Below, one piece after another: positions 63,987-64,000 of a DNA stretch of 64,000 nucleotides (the stretch's first letter is position 1; the number at the start of each line of letters is the position of its first letter). This DNA is from Deinococcales bacterium (lineage in GTDB: Bacteria > Deinococcota > Deinococci > Deinococcales > JAAFIG01), in the NCBI GenBank assembly GCA_031414595.1, contig JANNVX010000064.1, forward strand, positions 9,283-73,282, read 5' to 3'. The translations under genes were made by a program, and so were the position numbers. The notes beneath the pieces are model-generated. The model was not told the DNA's origin, made no database searches, and was given only the letters and a program-made list of their open reading frames with translations.

Positions 63987-64000
63987 TGCCAAACAACGAA

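Larger units (their letters stand above)
1..64000. repeat. Highly iterated palindrome CTCGAG dispersed across the window
   Basis: Hand counts: 12 sites in 3121-4500, 14 in 14141-15540, about 5 per 1.6-1.9 kb in the SBP genes, 1 in 1581-3120. Chance expectation is about 1 per 4 kb. Confidence 0.95.

Noticed and set aside
1-64000. CTCGAG as a Neisseria/Haemophilus-type DNA uptake sequence
   Set aside because: Known uptake sequences are longer and non-palindromic, and I saw no conserved extension beyond the hexamer. Kept only as a minor alternative.

Overview
Bacterial chromosomal segment (about 48-50% GC by eye), most likely Deinococcota. This rests on the Rieske-ccmI-ccmH-ccmG-ccmF/ccmE-D-C-B-A cluster, the pilW/pilQ-type pilus genes, Uma2, RsmF and many leaderless genes with a TANNNT box 5-7 nt before the start codon. 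In order, the window holds: the end of a type IV pilus/competence operon, a DUF790 nuclease, a complete cytochrome c maturation cluster interrupted by a Uma2/YefM-YoeB cassette, an ABC-F gene, purEK, several toxin-antitoxin modules, PadR plus partner, a two-component system, tRNA-Arg(CCT) with an adjacent R-M/Schlafen defence pair, housekeeping genes, two peptide ABC importers lacking ATPases, and a ~25 kb GntR-linked catabolic island of amide hydrolases, aminotransferases and oxidoreductases of unknown substrate. Main unexplained signals: (1) the palindrome CTCGAG is hugely over-represented (hand counts 1-10 per kb versus ~0.25 expected), like cyanobacterial HIP1, and occurs alongside intergenic heptamer repeats and GTAG-REPs; (2) a TA cassette is flanked by 48-bp direct repeats ending exactly at a CTCGAG; (3) an RLR macrolide-arrest-type uORF precedes the ABC-F gene; (4) a protein fuses two secretin-N0-like domains to a PilP/PilW-like domain; (5) YoeB carries an amber stop. 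No computation or database search was run. All family calls come from motif recognition.
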